Of a DNA stretch of 64,000 nucleotides, positions 1-9,719 are shown one piece after another. Position 1 is the stretch's first letter. Every line of letters begins with the position of its first letter. Source of the DNA: a virus. Where the stretch lies: positions 6,499-70,498 of the IMG/VR virus record IMGVR_UViG_3300022223_000004; one strand, given 5' to 3'. A program made the position numbers and the translations under genes. The notes under the pieces are model-generated. The model did not search any database. It saw only the letters and a list, made by a program, of their open reading frames with translations, and was not told the origin of the DNA.

Positions 1-351
1 AGTCGATCCCCTTAAATATCCATTAATTGAAATATGAACACCAAACAGACAGAAACTTTCAAAAAGAACATGAGCATTTGCTCCTGTTGTTTCTATATTA
101 ATAGTATCAGAACCAGTTGAGGGAGTATAAGCGCCTGTCGCCTTGTTTACCCTGAAAACAGGTATTAACTCTGAAGCAGTCCCACCAGTGTAGGAAAGGG
201 CAGTTGCTGAGGTATTCTGATGGTCCTTATCCATCAAAATGAATTCACCAGAAACCCAAGCAGTAAATGCAGTCTGATTATCTGTATATGCATTAGCCCA
301 ACTGGAGCCATCATTTAATCCAGTTGCAGCACTATCAAGATAGATTGCCAT
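1..351 (-). CDS. 5' part of a virion/tail-associated protein, running off the window edge
   Basis: Hand-translated open frame from ATG at 351: MAIYLDSAATGLNDGSSWANAYTDNQTAF... The N-terminal 'Y.DSAATG.NDGSSWANAYT' motif is typical of beta-helix/adhesin-like proteins. Absent from the ORF track because it has no stop in the window. Confidence 0.6.
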   Translation of the reverse strand, partial: MAIYLDSAATGLNDGSSWANAYTDNQTAFTAWVSGEFILMDKDHQNTSATALSYTGGTASELIPVFRVNKATGAYTPSTGSDTINIETTGANAHVLFESFCLFGVHISINGYLRGST

Positions 352-353
352 TA

Positions 354-851
354 TTAAATCTCCATTCCTGAATAGGAATTAAATTCATTTTTTATGGACA
401 ACATTTTTGCCACCCTATTTCTTATTTGTGTTATTTTTTCCTCAGTCAAAGTAGGAAATAAATTTTGTAACTGGACATCTGAGATTCCATCTATCAAGGC
501 CATTCCGTTATATACAAACCTGTCACTAGGATCATTGATAGACACAATTCTTCTTATTAAAGAACGTAAAAGCTCCTGATTGGCATTAAATCTGGCAGGA
601 GAGGTAAAAGGGTTTCTGCCTTCCTCAATTTCTCTAATATAGAAACACTCTTCCTGCTTCGCTAAAGAGTTTAGGGCCATTTCAGATAAAACTCCTTGAA
701 GTGTGACTAAATTAGATACCCATAGTCCATTGATTTCGACATTGATTGATGCTCCGTCATTAGCTTGGACAGAGACCAGTGCCCTGCATTTAAACCCACC
801 ACCATTTTGTGGCACCTCGCTAAAGACAGTTATAAGGGTAACGGTAGTCAT
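354..851 (-). CDS. hypothetical protein (165 aa)
   Basis: ORF with AGGAGG RBS, tightly packed in the operon. Confidence 0.7.
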   Translation of the reverse strand: MTTVTLITVFSEVPQNGGGFKCRALVSVQANDGASINVEINGLWVSNLVTLQGVLSEMALNSLAKQEECFYIREIEEGRNPFTSPARFNANQELLRSLIRRIVSINDPSDRFVYNGMALIDGISDVQLQNLFPTLTEEKITQIRNRVAKMLSIKNEFNSYSGMEI

Positions 852-859
852 AAATCCTC

Positions 860-1417
860 CTAAAAATGCTGTTTGCCTTCCCTAAAATTATCCTCTGCCT
901 CTTCTGGTGTACAGGCGGCAGTAGAATAGATAGTACCATCCCTTTGAGAGTTTTTTGCCAATCGTGCATTTATCCTTAAGGCTTTCAAAAATATAGATGC
1001 CCTGTCCAACGTCATTGAAAGATGGAAATTCCCGGTAAGGAAAAAGGAAACCTGATTTTCCCGTACAGAGATGCCCATATATTCTTTCAAAAGGAAAGAA
1101 GGGTCCCGCAGGACAATAGCAGCCGACTCTTGGCTAATAGGTTTAATCGGCTTTCTAATAAATGCTTCCTCAGGATCACTAAGTATTCCAGATGCATTGA
1201 TTTTTTTTGCAAGTCCAAGATTCTTCTTTGCAGTTTTTACCACTATCCGGCCCCAATGTAGGTAGCTGAATAGATCAGCATAATGGATCTTTCCTAAAAA
1301 CCCGTTACTATCCATTTTTATTAAAACCAAAGGACCTTTATGATCCACCTTTATCCCATAAGGCATTGCCATGCCCTGGGTGGTGCCTTGTGTAGGTTGT
1401 GGGCGATTGTATATCAT
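860..1417 (-). CDS. hypothetical protein (185 aa)
   Basis: ORF with AAGGA RBS in the packed minus-strand operon. Confidence 0.7.
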   Translation of the reverse strand: MIYNRPQPTQGTTQGMAMPYGIKVDHKGPLVLIKMDSNGFLGKIHYADLFSYLHWGRIVVKTAKKNLGLAKKINASGILSDPEEAFIRKPIKPISQESAAIVLRDPSFLLKEYMGISVRENQVSFFLTGNFHLSMTLDRASIFLKALRINARLAKNSQRDGTIYSTAACTPEEAEDNFREGKQHF

Positions 1418-1428
1418 TTTATTTTCCT

Positions 1429-1872
1429 TTAGTCGATTGATATATCCAAAGCACCGGCGGCAAATTCAGGAGTGGTTCCAGTGGCTACTAAACGACTGGC
1501 AGTCAACGCTCCAAAGATTTGCAACACCCCACCACCTGTTAAAGCAAAACCAATTCCGAAGTCTGTCTCGGTCTCAGAGCCGCTAGTGGCTGTAGGGAAG
1601 GTGATGGCATTATCGTTATCTACCACTCCAGATGCCACAGTCCATTGTGCAATGGAACGGGCAACGGCTTGTCGGGCATAACTGCCATACGCAGCTTCAA
1701 ATTGGGATTGAAGTGTATGGGTTTCCAACAAGGTACCTGTATGCAGGCTAATATGTAAACTTCCTGCAACAGTGGATGGTTGTAGACCACTGGCATCCCC
1801 TACATTGGGAAGTGCGACATTGGTAAAGTATAGATCCAACCAATCATCTTCAAATAAATCCGTAGCACTCAT
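1429..1872 (-). CDS. small structural/tail-fibre-associated protein
   Basis: Pattern 'ISLHTG...YGSYARQAV...NDNAITFPTAT...FGALTASR.V..G..PEFAAGALDISID' resembles a widespread phage tail-fibre-associated family. Confidence 0.65.
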   Translation of the reverse strand: MSATDLFEDDWLDLYFTNVALPNVGDASGLQPSTVAGSLHISLHTGTLLETHTLQSQFEAAYGSYARQAVARSIAQWTVASGVVDNDNAITFPTATSGSETETDFGIGFALTGGGVLQIFGALTASRLVATGTTPEFAAGALDISID

Positions 1873-2084
1873 TTTTCACCTCCTTCGATTTTAGTAATAA
1901 TATCTGCCAATTCTTTTGAGGTTTGTTGTCTTTTTCCCTCATCCGATTTCCTTTTAACCTCCAAATCGGCTATAGCTCTGTTTGTGGCCTTGGCTTCGTC
2001 ACTCTCAAGGTAATGCAACTTTTTGCTCACCCTATTAGCTTGGGCCATTTTTCTATCCAAGCGGCTGCCTGTTTTTTTGGACAT
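1869..2084 (-). CDS. hypothetical coiled-coil protein (71 aa)
   Basis: AAGGAG RBS; ATGA overlap with the next gene. Confidence 0.65.
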   Translation of the reverse strand: MSKKTGSRLDRKMAQANRVSKKLHYLESDEAKATNRAIADLEVKRKSDEGKRQQTSKELADIITKIEGGEK

Positions 2085-2094
2085 GGTTTCCTCC

Positions 2095-2736
2095 TTATCC
2101 GTTAAGCATGTTATTTAATTTTCCTAAAAACCCTTCTGGTTGCGGGGGCCTTATAGGTTGATTGTATGCGGCCGCATACCGCATCTCCTTTTCACGGGTA
2201 CGTAGGCCCATGTATCTGTTTACCCAAAGAACCAACGGTGCTATCAATGCGGCCATGCCAAGGCCAAAATTTAAAAAGGCATTTACCGTTTCTGGCTGGT
2301 TACTATACAAAGCGGTTGCCCCTCCAATTGTCGCTATTAAAACATTGATGGCAACAATTATAAAAGAGCCTACAGCAATGAAGGGCCTCCATTGACTCCC
2401 TTTTGTTTCTGAATTATTCAAAGCTATCAGAGTCTTTGTTTCTTCCTGCTCAATTTTGGTTTCTTCCTGAATCCTCTTTGTGATTTCTTGTTGAATAAGA
2501 GCCTCCAATTCATTTTCTGATTTTTCCAATTCAACCCATTGTTCTGGTGTCATATTTTCCATCACGGCCTTGACTTCTTCCGATGGGGTGTTTTCATCAA
2601 AAGAATTACCAGTGGCTGAATTTATTTTCTCAATTATTTTTCCAGCAACACCAACTTGCGGAATAAAAGTTCCTATAACTTTCCCAATTGGTGAATTGGA
2701 TGCTTTACTAAAAAATCCTAATATTTTCTTAAACAT
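2095..2736 (-). CDS. holin-like membrane protein (3TM-holin type)
   Basis: N-terminal amphipathic segment, coiled coil, 'WRPFIA' followed by two TM helices and 'YMGLRTREK', typical of 3TM holins. Confidence 0.6.
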   Translation of the reverse strand: MFKKILGFFSKASNSPIGKVIGTFIPQVGVAGKIIEKINSATGNSFDENTPSEEVKAVMENMTPEQWVELEKSENELEALIQQEITKRIQEETKIEQEETKTLIALNNSETKGSQWRPFIAVGSFIIVAINVLIATIGGATALYSNQPETVNAFLNFGLGMAALIAPLVLWVNRYMGLRTREKEMRYAAAYNQPIRPPQPEGFLGKLNNMLNG

Positions 2737-2738
2737 AA

Positions 2739-3170
2739 TTAATTTCCTGATTTAATGGTTCTATTCTCTTCCTGTAACAATTCAATGCGCCTTTTCTTTT
2801 TTTCTATCATTGCTCTTTCTAATTGACACCTTCCACATTGTTGAAATTGTATTTTCAATTCAAGCTCTGAAATTTCTTCATCCAAATCTTGAATCTTTTG
2901 GTCATTATTTGATAGCTCAATTTTATCCTCAACCATATCATCAATTTGGGATATCTGTTCTTGGATATCATCAATCTTTGATTGTGTTTGTAATTCAATA
3001 TTTCGGTGTTCATCTTCGTCTATAAAAGTAGTATTAAGGTAATACGCGCCAGCACCAACAGCGGACGATCCAAGGAATAGCAAAATTCCAAAAACCATTT
3101 TTATGTTATTTAATATCTCACTTATTGGCATTCCCATGATCCCTCCTACTGCTAAAAGAAACTTGTGCAT
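2739..3170 (-). CDS. membrane-anchored coiled-coil protein (holin/spanin-like)
   Basis: One TM helix (VFGILLFLGSSAVGAGAYYL) plus a long coiled coil, next to the holin-like gene. Confidence 0.45.
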   Translation of the reverse strand: MHKFLLAVGGIMGMPISEILNNIKMVFGILLFLGSSAVGAGAYYLNTTFIDEDEHRNIELQTQSKIDDIQEQISQIDDMVEDKIELSNNDQKIQDLDEEISELELKIQFQQCGRCQLERAMIEKKKRRIELLQEENRTIKSGN

Positions 3171-3221
3171 TTCTATCTCCTTAAAAGTTAAAAAACCAAT
3201 CCATTGGTCTTTATATTCAGT

Positions 3222-3815
3222 TTACACTTTTATGAATTCCACTTTCAAATCCTTTACAATTTCAAACATGGTTTCCTCTATCCCAATGCTACCATCTTCA
3301 AGGACTTCCTTTTTAGAATGTGAAACAACATTGGCCCAAAATGTTTCCATATTTTTTCCAAAAATTTGTTCATGCAATGGAACAAGCCTTTCTTCAGGAA
3401 AATCATCATTGCAACAATCCTCAATTGGAAATCTATTTTTTCCTGTTCCTTCTGGCAAAGGAACTTTCCCTTTGTTCCCTGTTTCAGAATTTTTAAATGG
3501 ACCCCTTGAAAATTCCATTACACAATTACATACATTTTTGTGTGTTATTTCATCAAGTTTACTAATTGCTTTTAATATTTTAAGGCAATCATAACAAGAA
3601 GTGATTTCGCTTTTTGATCCTAGATAATATAAAAATTCTTTATAGTTTGTTGTCGTTATTTTGTCTTTTCTTGTTTCACCACAAACTGGAATATTTATTT
3701 CATCGCTATCACTTCCAGTAAATTCAAAATGGATCAAATTTGCTTTAACACTTTTTTCAAGTGTATCAATTGATAGATTTGAATTTTTATTTAACAAATT
3801 TTCTAATTCTTTCAT
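3222..3815 (-). CDS. hypothetical Cys-containing protein (197 aa)
   Basis: AAGGAGG RBS; AT-rich; CYDC, CNC and CC motifs. Confidence 0.65.
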   Translation of the reverse strand: MKELENLLNKNSNLSIDTLEKSVKANLIHFEFTGSDSDEINIPVCGETRKDKITTTNYKEFLYYLGSKSEITSCYDCLKILKAISKLDEITHKNVCNCVMEFSRGPFKNSETGNKGKVPLPEGTGKNRFPIEDCCNDDFPEERLVPLHEQIFGKNMETFWANVVSHSKKEVLEDGSIGIEETMFEIVKDLKVEFIKV

Positions 3816-3829
3816 TTTTCATTCCTCCT

Positions 3830-4438
3830 TTAAAAAATTACAGTATAGGATATTTTTTGTTGGGGAGTTAAAGAATCATTAACTTCCTGCCATGTCAATT
3901 TAATATCTTTAGTGTACATTCTACAAAATTCTGAAAATCCATTATCAATCCTTTCTGGAATTCTTGATAATGATTTTTGATAAACTGGATTCGATTCGTT
4001 CAAGTTATCTGGACTTTCTCCTTGCAATAAAACAGAATAAACACCTTCATCCGCTTTTAAAAATTGATTTGCAAACCACACAATTGATTCTTCTATTTTG
4101 TTTGTATAATGGCCAAGATTCCTTTTTGATGGATGGACAGACAAATGGTCAATTTTAAAACCTGATATTTGATAATTAAAATAATCCCATCTAAAAGCGG
4201 CAATTGGGGTGTCATCGGATAAGCAAAAAATACTGTAGACGTTTTCAATTGTTGGTTTTGTTGTTTGTGAAATTTTCGAATTTATATTTGAATAAACCGT
4301 GTTTTTGATGGCCTTTTCTATTTGTGATGGTGAATGCGCCCCTGCTGGCCAGTCTTCCATGCATTCAATAACAAAAAGAATATCGGATTCGTTTGCTTCC
4401 CTGAAATAATGTTTCAAAATATTATGTTCAACTTTCAT
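3830..4438 (-). CDS. GNAT-fold acetyltransferase-like protein
   Basis: 'FREANESD' beta1-helix start and acetyl-CoA motif A 'IDHLSVHPSKRNLGH'. Confidence 0.55.
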   Translation of the reverse strand: MKVEHNILKHYFREANESDILFVIECMEDWPAGAHSPSQIEKAIKNTVYSNINSKISQTTKPTIENVYSIFCLSDDTPIAAFRWDYFNYQISGFKIDHLSVHPSKRNLGHYTNKIEESIVWFANQFLKADEGVYSVLLQGESPDNLNESNPVYQKSLSRIPERIDNGFSEFCRMYTKDIKLTWQEVNDSLTPQQKISYTVIF

Positions 4439-7400
4439 TTATTTAACTCCTGCAACTCCCGGTGATGGTGCTATAACAACAGCGGGAATTTCAATAAACT
4501 TGCCAGTGGCTGTATGGGTAACTTTTATTGTGTACCCTGCTGAATTGCCGCCATAATTTGCCGATAAATATCTTTGGTATATTGATGATATTATAGTTCC
4601 ATCCCAAACTGATCTTCCTGTATTTGATCCTATGTCAACCGTAAAATCTCCAACAACCGCACCATATGAACTAGCAAAAGCATACCAGAATGAACGAATC
4701 TTTAAAGCAATATTTGTGCTTGATGTCTCTGAGCCATAATAAACAACATGGCGAAAAGTAAAAGTAGCAACAACAATCCCCCCTTCTTCAAAACGAATAG
4801 TGGATTCATTCCACAATTGTGTTGAATAGGTATAGGTCGCCAAATTGTCATATGTATAAATCATATAGCCGGTTCTTTTCGGCCCGTAATTTGTGCCATC
4901 GTACTCAAATTGTATTTGTGGTGTTTGTACTGGTTGCAACGAAGATTTCTCAACCGATATTCCCGCTGAAATATAAGTTGCATCAAGGGAACTTTGTAAT
5001 CTACCGACTGAGCTTAAAGCGGTTGGAACTCGACCATCTGTTAATTCGGTTGGCCTGTTTGCAAGATACGTTGACCAATTGGCACCATACCCTGCTTGGT
5101 AGCTTGAGCCATTGTGACCGTAAAAAAATCTGTTTGTGCTATGGATCCATAAATCACCTGTATCGCCTGCTGGAGTTGTTGATTGTACAAAAATATTATT
5201 ATTGGTAGCTGAGGTTTCAATTCCAGAAAGCTTTGTATTTGCAGTGCCATCAAGATTCGCCAAACTTTTATTAATAACCTGAGTTATTAAGTCTGCCGAA
5301 TTCTCTGTTGCTAATGCACCTGCATCAGAAATATTAGCCATTACATTATTGGTAACACTGGATGCCAAATCGGCCCCATTGCCTAGTTGATAACTGGAAC
5401 CGTTATGACCATAAATATATTTATTGGTACTGTGGATCCAAATATCACCAGTGTCACCTGCTGGTGTACCAGTTTGGACAAAAATATTATTATTGGTTGC
5501 TGAGGTTTCAATTCCAGAAAGCTTTGTATTTGCAGTGGCGTCCACATTGGCTAAACTTTTATTTATAACTTCACCCGTGGATAAGTCCACATTATCTTTT
5601 GTCGCCAATGCACCTGAATCTGAAATATTAACCATTTGATTATTGGAAACGGAAGTTGCCAAATCAGCACCATTACCTATTTGGAAAGAGCTTCCATTAT
5701 GCCCATAAATATATTTAGTGGTGCTGTGAATCCATATGTCGCCATTATCACCTGCTGGTGTACCAGTTTGTACGAATACCTGGTTTTTTGTTGCTCCTAC
5801 ACTTGCAGGGTTAGGGGTAATTGGTGTCCAATTGGTCCAATCCCCCACCTCTCCATTTGCGTAGTATGATCGTATCCTATAATGTCGTGGTGCTGAGTCT
5901 GACACATCATCTATAACCGCGGGTTCTACAAAGTTACGGGTTACTTCTGAAGCTCCTGGGGACCCAGCAGAATCCGCGGCCCTTTCATATTCATAATGGG
6001 AAACGGCTGTTTGCCCCTCATCCTCTATCTCAAGTAGAATTCCATCTGGGATGGTTTTAAATGGCTTTAAAACTGGCTTTCTAGGTGTACTAGTTGGCAC
6101 AGTTTCATCCGCTCCTGGAGTATTAAGGGATTCGCTACCTGTATCATATGTACCCGAATTAGCTTGTTCCATTACCAAAACAGGGAATCCATTTTCAAAG
6201 GAATATTTTTTAATTCTATAAGTTCCAGAGATATCAGGAATATCAACGGTCACCATATCCCACCATCCAACTTGCAAGGCTTTCATGTTACATGGTATAG
6301 AAAGTATCTTTTGTTCCCTGGACCTCCTCTTTTCTATATTAGCGCGATACTGAGCACGGTATTCATTATCAATACCAGGACAATCTATCTCTATTATGAT
6401 TTGATTGCCGCCGTCCGCTGTTTCGTATGAACTGTCAGTCATCAATTTACAGACTTCCTCTCTGTAATCCCTTGATGCACTTACATAGTTTACCTTCACA
6501 GCATTATAAAGATCGCTAATCTGTTTTTTAGTTGTATAGGAAATAGGACCAGCTACCCAGGATTCATCTATAGTTATAGTTGGTGCGGTATATTCTCCAG
6601 CATGGCATTTCCATGTTCCTGCTATAACGTCAAAATTAATGACTCCTGCCATACAAGCTTCCAGCATATCTATATTATCTTCCGGCTCAGAAGAGGCGAA
6701 TGCTAAATTGGCTGTATATTTTTTAATGGTAGTGGTATCCGGAGCAAGGAAAGTGGTATCACATACATTGGCAGCGGCTGCAAAGGTATCCCAACCGTCC
6801 TGTGTAAAATCCTCATCTGGATCGGAACCGAGTCCACCATCTAATTCATCCATCACTATATAAGTAGCGGCTATCACCGCTGGGTTGTCGGACCATTCCC
6901 ATGTTGAGGGATCATTGGCCCTGTGCAACCCAGAGCCTCCCCTTGTGGTATCTTTCCGAACGTCATAGCATTTATTCCCTTTAATGAGCCTATTAAGCTC
7001 AGATGGTTTTCCATTTGGAAAAGCTTTCTGGAATTTCTTCTCATTATCTGCACCCATAGGTCTTATTAATTTCAATACCGTATAGGGAATGCCTTTTAGT
7101 TTATGGTTAACAGTCCAACCATCATATGCAGCCTCCAGCCATCCATTATAGGGCTGGGTATCTAATCCCTGATAGGATTGCAAGTATACCATAGGATTCG
7201 AGGAAGCATCTTTCCATTTGAATAGGTCAACGTAATGCACTATCCCAAGGTCCAGCACTATGTCCGCATCAGGTATTCTTTCACCATCAATCCAGAGGTC
7301 CTCTAGACCCTCAATTCCCCCTGTGTGTGTGATTCCATGAGCAATCCCCACATATAATTCTTCCTTTGATCCATCACCATCAACGTCCCTAGTTTTCACA

Positions 7401-7633
7401 GGCACTATATTTTTTCCACCAACCCTTACGGTGCCCCATAAAGATGGCAGTATCTCAATACCTCTGGTAGAGTTTACCCTTAACTGGGCCACAGTGAATG
7501 GTGGAATCTGAGGTGGCCTGGTCATTCCAGAAATTAAAAGACTAAAGCCCAGATTAGTCAGGTATGGATTTTTAGTGTATCCCCCAACTATAATAAGCGT
7601 GAGTCCTACAATTATTCGAACCGCCCTAGACAT
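4439..7633 (-). CDS. tail tip / host-specificity protein (J-like central fibre)
   Basis: 1064 aa; 'LWGTVRVGG', 'IKGNKCYDVR', 'WEWSDNPA' and 'YNAVKVNY' J-like motifs; FN3-like segment and internal repeats; lies after Dit/L/NlpC genes. Confidence 0.85.
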   Translation of the reverse strand: MSRAVRIIVGLTLIIVGGYTKNPYLTNLGFSLLISGMTRPPQIPPFTVAQLRVNSTRGIEILPSLWGTVRVGGKNIVPVKTRDVDGDGSKEELYVGIAHGITHTGGIEGLEDLWIDGERIPDADIVLDLGIVHYVDLFKWKDASSNPMVYLQSYQGLDTQPYNGWLEAAYDGWTVNHKLKGIPYTVLKLIRPMGADNEKKFQKAFPNGKPSELNRLIKGNKCYDVRKDTTRGGSGLHRANDPSTWEWSDNPAVIAATYIVMDELDGGLGSDPDEDFTQDGWDTFAAAANVCDTTFLAPDTTTIKKYTANLAFASSEPEDNIDMLEACMAGVINFDVIAGTWKCHAGEYTAPTITIDESWVAGPISYTTKKQISDLYNAVKVNYVSASRDYREEVCKLMTDSSYETADGGNQIIIEIDCPGIDNEYRAQYRANIEKRRSREQKILSIPCNMKALQVGWWDMVTVDIPDISGTYRIKKYSFENGFPVLVMEQANSGTYDTGSESLNTPGADETVPTSTPRKPVLKPFKTIPDGILLEIEDEGQTAVSHYEYERAADSAGSPGASEVTRNFVEPAVIDDVSDSAPRHYRIRSYYANGEVGDWTNWTPITPNPASVGATKNQVFVQTGTPAGDNGDIWIHSTTKYIYGHNGSSFQIGNGADLATSVSNNQMVNISDSGALATKDNVDLSTGEVINKSLANVDATANTKLSGIETSATNNNIFVQTGTPAGDTGDIWIHSTNKYIYGHNGSSYQLGNGADLASSVTNNVMANISDAGALATENSADLITQVINKSLANLDGTANTKLSGIETSATNNNIFVQSTTPAGDTGDLWIHSTNRFFYGHNGSSYQAGYGANWSTYLANRPTELTDGRVPTALSSVGRLQSSLDATYISAGISVEKSSLQPVQTPQIQFEYDGTNYGPKRTGYMIYTYDNLATYTYSTQLWNESTIRFEEGGIVVATFTFRHVVYYGSETSSTNIALKIRSFWYAFASSYGAVVGDFTVDIGSNTGRSVWDGTIISSIYQRYLSANYGGNSAGYTIKVTHTATGKFIEIPAVVIAPSPGVAGVK
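5085..5790 (-). repeat. about 2.5 tandem ~97-aa (~291-294 bp) repeats within the tail tip protein
   Basis: 'N.FVQ..TPAGD.GD.WIHST....YGHNGSS.Q.G.GA' occurs three times; near-identical DNA near 5190 and 5480. Confidence 0.9.
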
Positions 7634-8048
7634 GCCAGCACCTCCTAGCCAGGTTCAATGGCATTCGAACTAATCCATGGTCGGCTACTGCTACTACCCT
7701 ATGACTTTCTACAATTCCAAAACTTTCTCCATCACCCCAGTCTCCTAAAGCAATGTCTCCTGATAGCGCCTGTAATGGTGCTATAGGATCACCATAGAAA
7801 TGGATCAATACATCCTCAAAAGGATTTGTAACTGTAATGTTTCGCTCTTTTAACCACTTAATTAGGATTTTAATTCCTCCCATTTCATCGGAATAGGTTC
7901 CATTTATTCTCTCTAATAGTGTAAGAAGCTCAGAGTCATTGGTACGTCTATATAGATATTTTGCAGTAAAAATGGCACAGTCCATTTCTCCATACTGAAA
8001 TGGTGTGTGTAATTCTTCTGTTAAAAAATCTATTAGGACTTTATCCAT
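7626..8048 (-). CDS. NlpC/P60-like tail assembly protein
   Basis: 'PFQYGEMDCAIF' catalytic Cys motif; canonical position before J. Confidence 0.8.
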   Translation of the reverse strand: MDKVLIDFLTEELHTPFQYGEMDCAIFTAKYLYRRTNDSELLTLLERINGTYSDEMGGIKILIKWLKERNITVTNPFEDVLIHFYGDPIAPLQALSGDIALGDWGDGESFGIVESHRVVAVADHGLVRMPLNLARRCWHV

Positions 8049-8671
8049 TACTTTTGCCTTGTTCTCTTAGAACCATCATAAGCTCCACCACCGCCTCCGG
8101 CTCTTATAGGTGTTCCGCCCCATTGATCACTTGAGTTTTCTATATGGAGTACCATGTTTAATCCAGTATCCCCAGGACGCCTATGCTGTTGGTCCGCATC
8201 GGAAGCACATACCCGGCGAGGTCTCAGGAGCAAGGCAGTATAGCTCTCCAAAGTCACATCCAATACAGCGGAGCCTTCATCAATATTCAGAGCGGCTTGG
8301 CTAAGATAAGGTCTTCCCGTCCTTATCAATGCATCCTCTAATGGCCTTAAATCCTCTTTTAAGAATGCAAAGGCTGTTTCCACTCTGCTAAATTGGTAGT
8401 TGCCTGCAAAGGCCGCTTTTAGATCGGCATCCGTTCCCGGAAGTTGGATCATTATCCTGCCCGGAACCCTCGATTCATTCACTTCCACCCCATCGGGATC
8501 AGTTATGGCCGCTGGAACGTAGGTAACGCTGGTACCAGGGTGCGTATACTCAAATGGCAAGGAACTATAAGCCTTAACCCCTGTTGGTGCTGGGAAAGTT
8601 ATTTTAAGGAATAAAGCTTTCCTATACGCAGGGTTTGTGGCTTCAGTCGTTTGTAGGGTAGTTAATGTCAT
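8048..8671 (-). CDS. minor tail protein (L-like/hub)
   Basis: C-terminal 'SDADQQHRRPGDTGL...WG' motif; lies between Dit and NlpC. Confidence 0.7.
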   Translation of the reverse strand: MTLTTLQTTEATNPAYRKALFLKITFPAPTGVKAYSSLPFEYTHPGTSVTYVPAAITDPDGVEVNESRVPGRIMIQLPGTDADLKAAFAGNYQFSRVETAFAFLKEDLRPLEDALIRTGRPYLSQAALNIDEGSAVLDVTLESYTALLLRPRRVCASDADQQHRRPGDTGLNMVLHIENSSDQWGGTPIRAGGGGGAYDGSKRTRQK

Positions 8672-8677
8672 TATTCA

Positions 8678-9718
8678 TCAAGCTCCGGGTGCCAATAAAT
8701 CTTCTTCAAGGTAAATACTAAAACTGGATACAACTGGCTTGCTTATGCTTTCATCATTAGAGCCAGTACCCTCTGTAGGGAATATTCCATAGAATCTGGG
8801 CCTGTGTATCATAACAGGCGCACTATCTACTGGTGACGTATAAATCGGAATATCCAAATAAGCATACCCTATGCCTCCGGAATCACTGTCCAGGTTTGCT
8901 GTTAATTTTTTCAGTTCCATTTTAGGATTCTTCTTTGATCCTGTTACATCCGTTAAGATAGTAATGTACTCATTGGCTTTTAATATGCCATCCCTTGACG
9001 CTGGCAAATCCTTTAATTTTAAAACACTGCCAGTTTGGGAGGCCCCATCTACTCTGGCACATCTGGCAAAGGAAGCTCCAGAATAGAATAGATGATTACC
9101 CGCGGCGGCTACTCTCGATGCTAGGCGAATGGTGTGATTCCTAGTGACTGAAGGAATCGCCACCCCAACTAAAAAGCCTGGAGCATCTACGTCCAAAAGG
9201 AATAGATCAACCGCACCAGTGTCATCCCTCACCTGCATTCTAGCCAAGGCATGAGTCCCTGGTTCCGCAACCACTATAAACAAATAAGGAACTCCCGCGG
9301 TCAGGCTTATGGTCTGGGAGGCAATCGCGGCATTGATTGCATCCGAATTTTGTACTTTAATTTTCCTAAGGGAATCTTTTAAACTTGCATTAGTAGCATT
9401 CCATGATGCCGTGCCATCAAAAAAGGGATTGGCTAATAGTTCAACAAATTCCGCATTACTCCCAGAAGGACTCCTGGCTGCATTAAACATTTCACCAATA
9501 GTGTAGGAGTCTCCAGCACTAGCCGTATCCAGCCATCTGCTTATCTCTTGCCGATTATCATCTTGAGTCAGTTCCCAGGTTAAAGCTATTCCTCTTTTGT
9601 CATTAGGGATCCTCTCCCTCTGGACAAAATTATAGGGGCCCTTCACTTCTCTATCTACCCTGACTAAGGATGCCCGGATAGAGGAGCTTAATACACTGGG
9701 TAATGGGTAAAATTTCAT
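8678..9718 (-). CDS. distal tail protein with inserted carbohydrate-binding-like module
   Basis: Follows the tape measure gene; C-terminal 'RVDGASQTGSVL...LKANEYITI' Dit-like motif; central 'ELLANPFFDGTASW' beta-sandwich-like insert. Confidence 0.65.
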   Translation of the reverse strand: MKFYPLPSVLSSSIRASLVRVDREVKGPYNFVQRERIPNDKRGIALTWELTQDDNRQEISRWLDTASAGDSYTIGEMFNAARSPSGSNAEFVELLANPFFDGTASWNATNASLKDSLRKIKVQNSDAINAAIASQTISLTAGVPYLFIVVAEPGTHALARMQVRDDTGAVDLFLLDVDAPGFLVGVAIPSVTRNHTIRLASRVAAAGNHLFYSGASFARCARVDGASQTGSVLKLKDLPASRDGILKANEYITILTDVTGSKKNPKMELKKLTANLDSDSGGIGYAYLDIPIYTSPVDSAPVMIHRPRFYGIFPTEGTGSNDESISKPVVSSFSIYLEEDLLAPGA

Positions 9719-9719
9719 T

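Noticed and set aside
4439-5790. Diversity-generating retroelement VR/TR pair in the tail repeats
   Set aside because: The repeats are in-frame domain duplications, their differences are not restricted to adenines, and there is no reverse transcriptase in the window
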